A stretch of 64,000 nucleotides of DNA, from positions 28,366 through 92,365 of the forward strand of contig CAKOLK010000003.1 in assembly GCA_934096275.1 (NCBI GenBank), written 5' to 3'. The position numbers were made by a program, and so were the translations under genes. This document shows, piece after piece, positions 9,787 to 20,443 of the stretch. Under the pieces are notes generated by a model. That model was not told where the DNA came from and ran no database searches. It saw only the letters and a program-made list of their open reading frames with translations. The DNA is from an uncultured Bacilli bacterium. GTDB taxonomy: Bacteria > Bacillota_I > Bacilli_A > RF39 > UBA660. The first letter of the stretch is position 1. Each line of letters begins with the position of its first letter.

Positions 9787-11482
9787 ATGAAAAACAAATA
9801 TTCGTATGGGGGGGGGGCGAAATACTTATAACCCTTTAAAAACTAAAGGAAGAAATAAAAAGATAACAACTATAATAATATTCCTAATACTAATAGTAGT
9901 TAGTATCTCTTTTGCTTTGTTTAATCCCAGTATTAATTTACTAGGAAGAAGAAATATAAAAATATCTAAATGTGAACTAGATATAAACTTTAAAGAAAGT
10001 GATGAGTTAATGCTAGTTAGTAAGTATCCTATATCTACAAGACAAGCCCTTGAAGGAGACTATAAACCTAAAACAGTTACTATAACTAATAATTCTACAT
10101 GTGATACAGCGTATTATAAATTAACTATAAAAGATTTAATAAACTCATCTATAAACAAAGATGTAATACAATATCATGTAGTAGATAAACAAAATACTAT
10201 GACGTATAAACTTGGAGATATTAATGGAGATGGAACAATAAAAATTTTTGATGTTACACTTATAAGGAGATATCAGAATGATACAGATAATTATTTTGGA
10301 TTACATTCAAATGCAAGATATGCTGCAGATTTAGATGGCAATGGCAAGATAAATGAAGAAGATGTTACATTACTTAGGCAATATATTTCGAATCCAAATG
10401 GTACTTTTCCCGCAGGCTCTCCACTTGAAGAAAAAACAACAACTAAAGAAATAATAGATGTAAACCCAGATACGTTCTTAATAGAAAATTCATTGGAAAA
10501 AGGACAAACACATGAATATGAAATAATGATGTGGATAAGTAATGTTGCAACAAATACAGATTTATACGTAAATGGAGATACAACAAAACCTATTGAATAT
10601 AAATATGCACTTAATATTGAAGCGTATGATGAAAAAAAGGAAGATGCTGAAATCGTTCCAATACTTAATATACCAGTAGGCACAAACGGTATTGAAAAAG
10701 TAACACATGAAATAGATGATACATTACAAGTAGATAGTAAGTTTGCAACAGAATATAGATATCGTGGAGGAGATTCAGTAGTAAATAACCGTGTAATATT
10801 TAATGATGAGACACGATGGAGAATCATCGGAGTAATACCGACTGAAGATACTTCTGGTAATGTAGAAAATAGAATAAAAATAATAAGAGATGAATCTATT
10901 GGAGAGTACGATTGGAATGAAGATGGTTTAAATGATTGGACAACTGCAACACTTAATACATATTTGAATAATGATTATTATAATACCTTAACAAGTGATG
11001 CTCAAAACATGATAGGAACAACAAAATATTATCTTGGTGGGTATGACTGGAGTGATGATACATTCACATTAGATATAATGTGGCGGTACGAAAGGAAAAA
11101 AGCAAATGATAATTTGGGTATATATTACTATGAAGGAAATCAAATAATGCAAAATGATGCCACTAAAAAGATAGCGCTAATGTATGCAAGTGATTATGGA
11201 TATGCAGCATCAAAAAAATGTTCAAAAGGGTTATTTTATTACAAGGAAGACGCTAATTGTATAACGACAAACAATTGGCTAGATAAATCGCAATATGAAT
11301 GGTTAATACCACAGGGGGTTGATACTAAATATGCATTCAATGTTAGTGATGGCGGTAATATAGAAATCGATGTTGTTAGTTACACTCATGCAGTTCGTCC
11401 AGTCCTAACACTCTCATCTAACGTAAAAATATCCGGAGGATCTGGCACAAGTTCTGACCCATACCAATTACAATTAAACTAA
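9787..11482 (+). CDS. phase-variable surface protein family member A (TM anchor, internal dockerin, conserved C-terminal domain); RBS-linked ATG currently out of frame
   Basis: ggaggtaaaactATG at 9787. G10 tract at 9808-9817. The long ORF is read from the internal ATG at 9806; 9 or 12 G would fuse the MKNKYSYGGG leader to it. Dockerin loops DINGDGTIKIFD and DLDGNGKINEED. Confidence 0.7.
9808..9817 (+). repeat. poly-G (G10) homopolymeric tract at the 5' end of the ORF, slipped-strand phase-variation site
   Basis: 10 consecutive G in a genome of about 27% GC, located between the RBS-linked ATG and the ORF body. Confidence 0.8.
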
Positions 11483-11589
11483 CTAATATGTAAAGCAACC
11501 TAGTATAATAGCGTAAAGAAAACCATTATAAATTGACAAACCACATCTTTTAATATAAAATTATATGTGATTTAAGGGATGTGATCTAA

Positions 11590-14109
11590 ATGAAAAAATA
11601 TGATAAAAAAGACTATATAAACCTAGCAATTTTAATCATATTTTTTTTAGTATTTATAACTATATTAATGCTATGTACAAAAAACTCAATATATGGTTCA
11701 AAACTAGACTATGCAGATCAACACTACATGATTCCCGAATACTTTAGAACTCTTTTCTACAATAGCAAACAACTATTTCCAAACTTTGCCCTTAACTTAG
11801 GAATGGGACAAAATATATACAACTTTTCATACTATGGACTACACAGTCCAATAATACTAATATCATACCTATTACCATTCATTAAAATGGCAACCTATAT
11901 ACAAATAATCTCTATCATCTGCATAATACTTGATATAATCCTATTCTATAGATACATATCAAACCACTATGAAAATAAAACAATAAGATTCATATCAACA
12001 TTCATACTACTTTGCTCAGCATCACTAATACTTCACTCACATAGACACATAATGTTTGTAAACTACATGCCATTTCTAATACTAGGATTCATATCAATAG
12101 ATAACTACTTTAATCAAAACAAAAAAACACTCCTTATGATAAGCATAACCTTAATAATACTAACAAGCTACTTCTTTAGCGTTCCAGCCTTAATAAGCCT
12201 AATACTATACGCAATATTTATCTACTTACAAAACAACAATTTCAAATTAAAAAACTTTATAACAACATTCTTAAAATTATCCATTTACTTTATAATACCA
12301 ATAATGATAAGCGCAATCCTCTTATTTCCGACCCTAACAGCAATTTTAAATAATAGACTAGACAATAACACTACAACATCACTAATAAATCTTATAACTC
12401 CAAACCTATCATTTGAATACCTATTATATAGTTGTTACTCACTTGGATTAACAAGTTCATTTATACTTGCACTTGCAAACGGTCTATTATCAAAACAAAA
12501 ACAGTACAAGTTCTTAAGCATAACATTCCTTTTACTTGGACTATTCCCAATATTTATCTACATCCTAAACGGAGGAATGTATATAAATGCTAAAGTCTTA
12601 ATACCAATGGTACCACTTGCAATAATACTTCTTTCAAAACTATTTAGTGATATCATAAATAAAAATATAAAACTAATTCCTTTACTAGTCCTAACAATAA
12701 TATTAAGCCTAATAGGAAGTATAAACTTTAACTTTGACAGAGTATACCTAATAGACATAACATTCCTATTACTTTGCTTAGTTCTAACAATAAAAAGAAA
12801 AAGCAACATAGTATACTTTATAATAATACTAATGTCAACAGTTAACTTAATAAGCGTAAATGTAATAGACAAACTAGAAACAAAAGATCAAATAAAAACC
12901 CAATATAATGAAAACATTAAAGATTTAATTAAAGAAAATACTAATCTAGAAAAAACCCACGTCGAAATAAAAGATAACATAAATGACACCAACAACATAA
13001 GAAACATAAATGAAATGAAAACTACTATGTACTCATCACTTACTAATAAATACTACAACAATTTCTACTGGAACGAAATAAATAATAACAATCCATATCG
13101 TAATTCAACAATAATAAGTGGAACAGATAATATTTTCTATAACATATATACAAATACAAAAAACTATATAACAACAAAAGAAGCCCCAATCGGGTACCAG
13201 TTAGTAAAACAACAACAAAACTATAAACTATATCAAAACCCTGATACATTTAAAACAATATATGCAAATACTAACTTAATGTCCTTAAATGAGTATAAAA
13301 AACTTTCTCATCCCAAAAGCACTGAAGCCTTGTTAAACTACACAATAGTAAATGATGATAATATAAAATCAAACTATAAAACAAATATAAAAGAAATAAA
13401 CTATAACGAAGAAAAAATACCATTTACAAAAAAAGATAATAAATACTCATTTAAACTAGATAAAAAAACAAACTATACCATTCCATTAGAAAAAAACTAT
13501 CAAAACAAAATCCTAATGATAAGCTTTGATATGAACTATTCACAAAAATGTTCAATCGGAGACACATACATAATAATAAATGGTGTAAAAAACACTCTAA
13601 CTTGCAAGAGTTGGAAATACCATAACCAAAACTATACATTTGATTATGTCTTATCAAGTGATAACATCAACTCACTAGATATAACAATATCAAAAGGAAA
13701 ATTCATAATAGAAAACATAAAAGTATATGAAATGGACTACAACGATTTAAAAAACATTAATAAAACACACGATAACTTAAATATAACAAGTATAAAAGAA
13801 AACCAAATAAACGGTACAATAAACGTAAAAGAAGACTCATACTTAAACATAAACATTCCATATGATAAAGGATTCGAAATATACATAGACAACATCAAAC
13901 AAGACTATGAATTAATAAACACAGCATTCATGGGAACAAAAATATCCAAAGGTTTCCATGAAGTAAAAATAATATACAATGCTCCAATGTTAAAACAATC
14001 AAAAATAATATCACTAATCGGAGCAATACTATTTATAATTATAACAATAATAGACAAAAGAAAGAAGGTTGAATATGAAAAAAGTATCAATGATAATACC
14101 ATGCTATAA
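11590..14109 (+). CDS. yfhO: YfhO-family GT-C membrane glycosyltransferase
   Basis: 839 aa. Roughly 430 aa of multi-TM N-terminus, an extracellular C-terminal domain and a final TM. Adjacent to GT2 and GtrA genes. Confidence 0.65.
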   Translation: MKKYDKKDYINLAILIIFFLVFITILMLCTKNSIYGSKLDYADQHYMIPEYFRTLFYNSKQLFPNFALNLGMGQNIYNFSYYGLHSPIILISYLLPFIKMATYIQIISIICIILDIILFYRYISNHYENKTIRFISTFILLCSASLILHSHRHIMFVNYMPFLILGFISIDNYFNQNKKTLLMISITLIILTSYFFSVPALISLILYAIFIYLQNNNFKLKNFITTFLKLSIYFIIPIMISAILLFPTLTAILNNRLDNNTTTSLINLITPNLSFEYLLYSCYSLGLTSSFILALANGLLSKQKQYKFLSITFLLLGLFPIFIYILNGGMYINAKVLIPMVPLAIILLSKLFSDIINKNIKLIPLLVLTIILSLIGSINFNFDRVYLIDITFLLLCLVLTIKRKSNIVYFIIILMSTVNLISVNVIDKLETKDQIKTQYNENIKDLIKENTNLEKTHVEIKDNINDTNNIRNINEMKTTMYSSLTNKYYNNFYWNEINNNNPYRNSTIISGTDNIFYNIYTNTKNYITTKEAPIGYQLVKQQQNYKLYQNPDTFKTIYANTNLMSLNEYKKLSHPKSTEALLNYTIVNDDNIKSNYKTNIKEINYNEEKIPFTKKDNKYSFKLDKKTNYTIPLEKNYQNKILMISFDMNYSQKCSIGDTYIIINGVKNTLTCKSWKYHNQNYTFDYVLSSDNINSLDITISKGKFIIENIKVYEMDYNDLKNINKTHDNLNITSIKENQINGTINVKEDSYLNINIPYDKGFEIYIDNIKQDYELINTAFMGTKISKGFHEVKIIYNAPMLKQSKIISLIGAILFIIITIIDKRKKVEYEKSINDNTML

Positions 14110-15025
14110 TGAAGAAGACAATGTAGAATTATTCTACAAAGAAGCAGTAAAAACATATAAAGAACAAAACTACAAACTGGAACTAGTATTCATTGACGAT
14201 GGTTCAAAAGACAATACTTTAAAAAAATTAAAAGAACTAACAAAAGAACAAGACTGTGAAATAAAAGTTCTATCATTCTCAAGAAACTTTGGAAAAGAAG
14301 CTGCAATTTATGCCGGATTAAACAACGTGACTGGAGACTACACTGTAATAATAGATGCTGATCTTCAACAACCACCAGAACTAACTATAAAAATGGCCAA
14401 CATTCTTGATGAAAACAAGTACGATTGCGTTTGTTACTACCAAGAAGAAAGAATAGAAAACAAACTATTATCAAAAATAAAAAACACTTTCTATAAAACA
14501 ATGAACAAAATGTCCGAAGTAGAACTAAAACAAGGTGCTAGTGACTTTAGAATGTTTAATAAAAAAGTAAAAAACTCTTTAATAGAAATAAAAGAATACT
14601 ACCGTTTCTCTAAAGGAATATTCTCATGGATAGGATATGATACTAAATACTTACCATACATTCCAAAACAAAGAAACTCAGGAACAACTAAATGGAGCTT
14701 CATAAAACTTTTAAAATACGGAATAAGTGGAATAATATCTTTTTCAACAATGCCATTAAAACTAGCAACATACTCAGGACTAACCCTTTCACTAGTAGCA
14801 TTCATATACTTATTCATCATAATAATTCAAAAACTATTCTTTGAAATATCAATACCAGGATACCCAACAGTAGTATCATGCATACTTTTAATCGGAGGAT
14901 TTCAACTATTTTGTATTGGTATCATCGGAGAATACCTAGGAAAAACATATATAGAAACAAAAAATAGGCCAATATATATAATAAAGGAAGAAATAACAAA
15001 TGATAAAACTAAAAAATCTATATAA
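14069..15025 (+). CDS. csbB: family-2 glycosyltransferase (CsbB/GtrB-like polyprenyl-phosphate sugar synthase)
   Basis: IIPCYNEE...DDGSKDNT...RNFGKEAA...DADLQQPPE with two C-terminal TM helices. Confidence 0.8.
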   Translation: MNMKKVSMIIPCYNEEDNVELFYKEAVKTYKEQNYKLELVFIDDGSKDNTLKKLKELTKEQDCEIKVLSFSRNFGKEAAIYAGLNNVTGDYTVIIDADLQQPPELTIKMANILDENKYDCVCYYQEERIENKLLSKIKNTFYKTMNKMSEVELKQGASDFRMFNKKVKNSLIEIKEYYRFSKGIFSWIGYDTKYLPYIPKQRNSGTTKWSFIKLLKYGISGIISFSTMPLKLATYSGLTLSLVAFIYLFIIIIQKLFFEISIPGYPTVVSCILLIGGFQLFCIGIIGEYLGKTYIETKNRPIYIIKEEITNDKTKKSI

Positions 15026-15422
15026 AAAATATAAAGAAATAATAAATTATCTAATAATCGGAGGTCTAACAACAGTAGTAAGCCTTGCAACATTCTACAT
15101 AGTAAGAATATTTTTTCTAACAAACGACACTCAACTAGATATACAAATATCAAACATAATATCATGGTTCTTCGCAGTACTATTTGCATTTATAACCAAT
15201 AAAAAATATGTATTTGAATCAAAAAAAGAAGGAAAAGAAAAACTAATAGAAATGATAAAATTCTATCTATCTAGAATTACAACTCTTTTAATAGATATGG
15301 CTACAATGTGGTTATTAACTGCACCATTAAACATAAATGATAAAATATCAAAAATAATAGTACAATTCATAATAGTAGTCCTAAACTACGTATTCAGTAA
15401 AATATTTGTATTTAATAAATAA
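15000..15422 (+). CDS. gtrA: GtrA-family flippase-like membrane protein
   Basis: 140 aa, 4 TM, motif IIGGLTTVVSLATFYI typical of GtrA. Confidence 0.7.
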   Translation: MIKLKNLYKKYKEIINYLIIGGLTTVVSLATFYIVRIFFLTNDTQLDIQISNIISWFFAVLFAFITNKKYVFESKKEGKEKLIEMIKFYLSRITTLLIDMATMWLLTAPLNINDKISKIIVQFIIVVLNYVFSKIFVFNK

Positions 15423-15452
15423 CATACTAAAAAATAGTATGTTTTTTTAATC
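15421..15452 (+). terminator. rho-independent terminator
   Basis: Hairpin acatacta-aaaaa-tagtatgt followed by TTTTTTT. Confidence 0.6.
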
Positions 15453-15481
15453 AAAAGAGTACAATTAAATAGGTGATATAA

Positions 15482-15706
15482 ATGCGATTATCAGAACTAC
15501 AACATAAAGACATAGTAAACTTAGATGGAAAAAAGATAGGAAACATTATAGATGTAAAACTAAATCAAGATGGAACCTTAATATCATTAGTAATAGAAAC
15601 ACAAAAAACTCTATTTAGAATCGGAGCCAAAGAAAACGAAGCAGAAATAAGTTGGGACAAAATCCAAAGAATAGGAGAAGACGTTATCTTAGTTAAGATT
15701 AATTAA
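15482..15706 (+). CDS. ylmC: PRC-barrel protein, YlmC/YmxH family (sporulation-associated)
   Basis: MRLSELQHKDIVNLDGKKIGNIIDV...; 74 aa. Confidence 0.75.
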   Translation: MRLSELQHKDIVNLDGKKIGNIIDVKLNQDGTLISLVIETQKTLFRIGAKENEAEISWDKIQRIGEDVILVKIN

Positions 15707-15754
15707 TGACATAAAAATAAAAATATGTTAAAATATAACATACAAGGTGGTAGT

Positions 15755-15886
15755 ATGAAAAAAAGACTAAGAAAAGCATTAAAAGAAACAGAAAAAATTA
15801 TAAATGATAAAAATAGAAAAGGATACAAAATAATTAAAGAACTATTTAAAGCATTAGAGGACAATAAAAAACACATAAAAAAATAA
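15755..15886 (+). CDS. small basic hypothetical protein (43 aa)
   Basis: aaggtgg RBS. Peptide MKKRLRKALKETEKIINDKNRKGYKIIKELFKALEDNKKHIKK. Followed by a bidirectional hairpin. Confidence 0.3.
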   Translation: MKKRLRKALKETEKIINDKNRKGYKIIKELFKALEDNKKHIKK

Positions 15887-15912
15887 AGATGATTAATCTA
15901 AATATCATCTAT

Positions 15913-16359
15913 TTATTTGAGTTTATAACCTAACTTTTCTAATTCTAATATAGCAATCGCAGATAACTCGTTTTTTGATAATTTACTAATATCAAAGAAA
16001 TCTGCACCAAGAGAATCATCATTTACTTCATTTACTTCTACTTCTTTTTTAATTTCGTTAGTATAACTTAAAACTTTAAAGAAAATACCAATATGATGAA
16101 CTTTTACAAAAACATCTTCCTTAACTTGCCAGTCGAAAAAGACAGAGTCAGCATCAAATAATTGGTAATCAATTACTTTAATACCAACTTCTTCCATTAA
16201 CTCTCTTTTTAAAGCATCTTCAGGCTTCTCACCAAACTCTATTGTCCCACCAGGTAAATCTAACTTTCCATTATATGGACCACCAAACTTCTTAATAAGT
16301 AAAACCTTATTGTCTTTAATAATCAATCCATAAGCTCCTAAATGTTTCATTTCTTTCAT
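15913..16359 (-). CDS. NUDIX hydrolase
   Basis: Nudix box GGTIEFGEKPEDALKRELMEEVGI. Confidence 0.85.
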   Translation of the reverse strand: MKEMKHLGAYGLIIKDNKVLLIKKFGGPYNGKLDLPGGTIEFGEKPEDALKRELMEEVGIKVIDYQLFDADSVFFDWQVKEDVFVKVHHIGIFFKVLSYTNEIKKEVEVNEVNDDSLGADFFDISKLSKNELSAIAILELEKLGYKLK

Positions 16360-16490
16360 TATTTATTCCCACTTTCTTATTTCTATTCAGTATAATTATA
16401 ACACACTTGGAGCGATTGATAATAAAATTAACATTATAATCTTAATTTACTTATTAAAACATATATGTTAAAATATAACTGGTGATTTAA

Positions 16491-16955
16491 ATGCAAAAAA
16501 AAATCTATATAACTTCATTTATACTAATGCTTATAGATTTATTAACAAAATATTTAGTATCAAACTATTTAACCTTTAAAGAAGTAATACCTAATTTCTT
16601 TTATATATATTTAACTCACAATAATGGGGCCGCATTTTCTATATTAAAAAACAATCAAATACTATTAATAATAATATCAATACTTGTATTATTTTATATA
16701 ATAAAATACATGATACCAAAAATAACAACAAATATAGAGTATATCTCAATATCAATGATAATCGGTGGAACACTAGGAAACCTATTTGATAGAGTATACC
16801 ATAACTATGTAATAGACTTCATAAGCCTAAACATATTTGGATACAACTTTCCAGTATTTAACTTAGCAGACATCTTAATAACATGCGGAGCAATAATCTT
16901 AATAATAATTCTAATAAGGAGTGATAAAAGTGCAAATAATCTCGGACAAAAGTAA
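16491..16955 (+). CDS. lspA: lipoprotein signal peptidase II
   Basis: NNGAAFSIL, FDRV, FNLADI. Confidence 0.85.
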   Translation: MQKKIYITSFILMLIDLLTKYLVSNYLTFKEVIPNFFYIYLTHNNGAAFSILKNNQILLIIISILVLFYIIKYMIPKITTNIEYISISMIIGGTLGNLFDRVYHNYVIDFISLNIFGYNFPVFNLADILITCGAIILIIILIRSDKSANNLGQK

Positions 16956-17817
16956 TATAAGAATAGATGCTTATTTATCTGAAGAAACAGAATACACAAG
17001 AAGTAAAATTCAAAAACTAATAAAAGATGAACAAATAACAGTAAATGATAAAAAGACAAACTCAAGTTACAAATTAAAAGAAAATGACACAATAAAAATC
17101 AATGAATTAGAAGAAGAAATAACGGATATCTTACCAGAAAAAATGGATTTAGATATAGTCTATGAAGATGAATACCTAGCAATAATAAATAAACAAAGTG
17201 GACTAGTAGTCCATCCAGCAGTAGGCAATCTAAATCATACCTTAGTAAATGGTCTTTTATATCATTTTAATGAAATAAGTAATAAAAATACAATAAGACC
17301 AGGAATAGTTCATAGATTAGATAAAGACACAAGTGGTCTTATGATCGTAGCTAAAAACGATCAAGTTCATGAAAAACTATCAAACATGATAAGAAAAAAA
17401 CAAGTAGAAAGAAAATACCTTGCACTAGTCTGGGGAGTAGTAAGACATGACAAAGGAACAATTGATGCTCCAATTGGAAGAGACATCAACAATAGACAAA
17501 AATATGCGGTAACAGAAATCAATAGTAAAGACTCGATAACACACTTTAAAGTAATTGAAAGATATAAAGAGGCAACTTTAATTGAATGTACTCTAGAAAC
17601 CGGTAGAACTCATCAAATAAGAGTACACTTATCATACATTGGACACCCAATAGTAAATGATGAAGTATACTGCAATAAAAAATTAATAAGTAAAGACTTT
17701 GGTCAAATGCTTCATTCAAAAAGTATAAAACTAATTCATCCAGTAACAAAACAAGAACTATACTATGAACAAGAACCACCAAAAAAATTTATAGAAATAA
17801 TAGAACAATTTAAATAA
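16921..17817 (+). CDS. rluD: RluA-family 23S rRNA pseudouridine synthase
   Basis: S4-like N-terminus; HRLDKDTSGLMIVAKN. Confidence 0.85.
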   Translation: MIKVQIISDKSNIRIDAYLSEETEYTRSKIQKLIKDEQITVNDKKTNSSYKLKENDTIKINELEEEITDILPEKMDLDIVYEDEYLAIINKQSGLVVHPAVGNLNHTLVNGLLYHFNEISNKNTIRPGIVHRLDKDTSGLMIVAKNDQVHEKLSNMIRKKQVERKYLALVWGVVRHDKGTIDAPIGRDINNRQKYAVTEINSKDSITHFKVIERYKEATLIECTLETGRTHQIRVHLSYIGHPIVNDEVYCNKKLISKDFGQMLHSKSIKLIHPVTKQELYYEQEPPKKFIEIIEQFK

Positions 17818-18279
17818 AAGACATTTATCTATTGGCAAAGGGGTCGAAGTGGTATTAATTAAAAACAAAATATAAGAAATGGAGTGTAACAAATAGATAT
17901 TTATAGAATAAAAATAGGTTTTCCGGGCCAATAAATAAATGTCTGATACCACTATAAACTATATCAAAAACCCTGTCAAATGACCAAATCAAAGATTTTA
18001 ACACCAAAAAACATACCAAAAATAAGATTTGCCCTAGGGCAATTTTTATTTTTTAAAGAATAAAACAAACATCCATTCATAAAAAACTAGACCAAATCTT
18101 AAAAATGAACAAATTAACAAAAAATGAAAAAAAATTACAACTCCTAAAATAAGACCATTTTCTTACCCCAAAAATGTCATCATAAAACACTAATTCATTA
18201 CAAAAAATATAACAATTACCTAGAAAAATATCATATTTTGTGTTATTATACTTATAGTAATTAGAAAGGAAGAGATAAA

Positions 18280-19458
18280 ATGAAAATATTATCAGTAAAC
18301 GCAGGAAGTTCATCATTAAAATTTCAAATGTATGAAATGCCTGAAGAAAAAGTACTTATTTCCGGAGTATTTGAACGTATAGGAATAGGAAATAGCTTCT
18401 ATACAATAAAACTAAACGGAGAAAAAATCAAAAAAGAAAGAGAAGTTTCTAATCATGAAGATGCAGTTAAAATCTTAACTGAAGAACTATTAGAAAACAA
18501 AGTAGTTTCATCACTTGATGAAATCGAAGCAATTGGACATAGAATGGTACATGGAGGAGACAAATACCAAACATCTACAATAATTGATGAAGATGTAATA
18601 AAAGCAACAGAAGAATTCCTTGATTTAGCACCAATTCATATTCCAGCAAACTTAACTGGAGTAAGAGCATTCCAAAAAATAATTCCAAATGCAACAGCAG
18701 TCGCAGTATTTGATACATCATTCCATCAAACACTACCAAAAGAAGCATACATCTATCCAGTACCATATGAATGGTATGAAAAATATGGAGTTAGAAAATA
18801 TGGTTTCCATGGTACAAGTCATAAATACGTTTCAATGAGAATGAATGAAATACTAGGAAGAACAGATACAAAAATAATTACATGCCATATCGGAAGTGGT
18901 GGTTCAATATCAGCAGTCCTAAATGGTAAATCAATTGATACATCATTAGGATTCACACCAAATGCTGGTATAGTAATGGGTACAAGAAGTGGAGATATAG
19001 ATGCTTCAATAATTCCATTCATCATGAAAAAAGAAAACCTAACAGTAACTGAAGTAGATAATATCTTAAATAAGAAAAGTGGACTACTTGGAATTAGTAA
19101 AAAATATAGTGATTCAAGAGACATTGAAGAAGGTATTAAAAATGGTGATGAACTATGCAAACTAGCTCAAGATATATATGTAAGAAGAATAGTAGAATAC
19201 ATTGCTAAATACTATGTATTACTTGGAGGATGCGATGCAATCGTTATGACCGCAGGAGTCGGAGAAAACTCAATTCCAACAAGAAAACAAATTCTAGATA
19301 AACTATCTGTACTAGGAGTCGAAGTAGACGAAGAAAGAAACAACATTCGAGGAGAAGAACAATTAATTACTAAAGACTCATCAAAAATACCAGTATGGGT
19401 AATCCCAACAGATGAAGAATTAATGCTCGCTAGAGATACATATGAACTAGCAAAATAG
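18280..19458 (+). CDS. ackA: acetate kinase
   Basis: MKILSVNAGSSSLKFQ plus a conserved C-terminus. Confidence 0.95.
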   Translation: MKILSVNAGSSSLKFQMYEMPEEKVLISGVFERIGIGNSFYTIKLNGEKIKKEREVSNHEDAVKILTEELLENKVVSSLDEIEAIGHRMVHGGDKYQTSTIIDEDVIKATEEFLDLAPIHIPANLTGVRAFQKIIPNATAVAVFDTSFHQTLPKEAYIYPVPYEWYEKYGVRKYGFHGTSHKYVSMRMNEILGRTDTKIITCHIGSGGSISAVLNGKSIDTSLGFTPNAGIVMGTRSGDIDASIIPFIMKKENLTVTEVDNILNKKSGLLGISKKYSDSRDIEEGIKNGDELCKLAQDIYVRRIVEYIAKYYVLLGGCDAIVMTAGVGENSIPTRKQILDKLSVLGVEVDEERNNIRGEEQLITKDSSKIPVWVIPTDEELMLARDTYELAK

Positions 19459-19471
19459 AAAGAATGATAAA

Positions 19472-20443
19472 ATGTATAAACAAATATTTAAAGAAATAAA
19501 AAAATATAATAATATTGTATTAGTAAGACACGTTGGAATAGATCCAGATGCAATGGCAAGTCAAACAGCCTTAAGAGACTCAATAAAGCTAACATTTCCT
19601 GAAAAAAACGTCTATGCAATTGGAAATGGTACAGTAAGATTTAACTACATGGGAAAACTAGATAAAAACATTGACTTTTCTACCATAAATAATATCTTAT
19701 TAATAGTTTTAGACACACCAGATATAAAAAGAGTAGACATGGGAGATCTTGAAAAATACGATTATAGTATAAAAATAGATCACCATCCATTTGTTAATAA
19801 GTTTTGCGATATAGAACTAATAAACGATAAAAAATCAAGCGCTTCAGAAATGGTATACGATTTAATTACAAATACAAAACTAAAACTAAACGAAGAAATA
19901 GCAAAAACACTATTCTGTGGAATAGTATCAGATACCAATAGATTCATGTTTTCTAACTCTAGTTCTGAAACATTTAAATGTATATCAAACATCCTAAAAG
20001 AATATCCATTCGACATAACAAAATTATATAAAGAAATATACAAAAGACCATTCTCTGAAATACAACTATTCGGACACATGATAAGCAATATGAAAATATC
20101 AGACTATGGAGTAGGATATGTTAAAATAGGAAGCCAAACACTTACTAAATACAATCTTGATACAGCATCATCAGGTAATTTAATAAACGATTTCAATAAC
20201 ATTGAAGAATTACTTGTATGGCTATGTGCAACCGAAGATATAAAAAATAGTTGCATAAGAGTATCAATCCGTTCTAACGGACCAGTCATAAATAAAGTAG
20301 CAGAAAAATATAATGGTGGTGGACATAACCTAGCATGCGGTGCTAGACTATCATCATTCGAAGACGTAGACCTATTAGTAAAAGACCTAGACTATGTCTG
20401 CAAAAAATATATAGAAAGTAGTGATATAGATGAAAATTACTAG
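19472..20443 (+). CDS. nrnA: DHH/DHHA1 phosphoesterase (NrnA-like nanoRNase/pAp phosphatase)
   Basis: N-terminal HVGIDPDAMAS and a C-terminal GGGH motif. Confidence 0.7.
   Translation: MYKQIFKEIKKYNNIVLVRHVGIDPDAMASQTALRDSIKLTFPEKNVYAIGNGTVRFNYMGKLDKNIDFSTINNILLIVLDTPDIKRVDMGDLEKYDYSIKIDHHPFVNKFCDIELINDKKSSASEMVYDLITNTKLKLNEEIAKTLFCGIVSDTNRFMFSNSSSETFKCISNILKEYPFDITKLYKEIYKRPFSEIQLFGHMISNMKISDYGVGYVKIGSQTLTKYNLDTASSGNLINDFNNIEELLVWLCATEDIKNSCIRVSIRSNGPVINKVAEKYNGGGHNLACGARLSSFEDVDLLVKDLDYVCKKYIESSDIDENY

Noticed and set aside
9806-9808. Internal ATG (and the ATG at 25628 or TTG at 36873) as the genuine start codons of the phase-variable genes
   Set aside because: They lie 19–22 nt downstream of the only SD sequence and immediately precede the G-tract. 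The conserved upstream ATG with ideal SD spacing and the conserved leader peptide argue that the upstream ATG is the real start and is frame-switched.
17758-18316. Minus-strand ORFs of 64 and 79 aa in the rluD–ackA intergenic region
   Set aside because: No RBS, aromatic-rich low-complexity translation, and they overlap the ackA promoter and start. Likely spurious.
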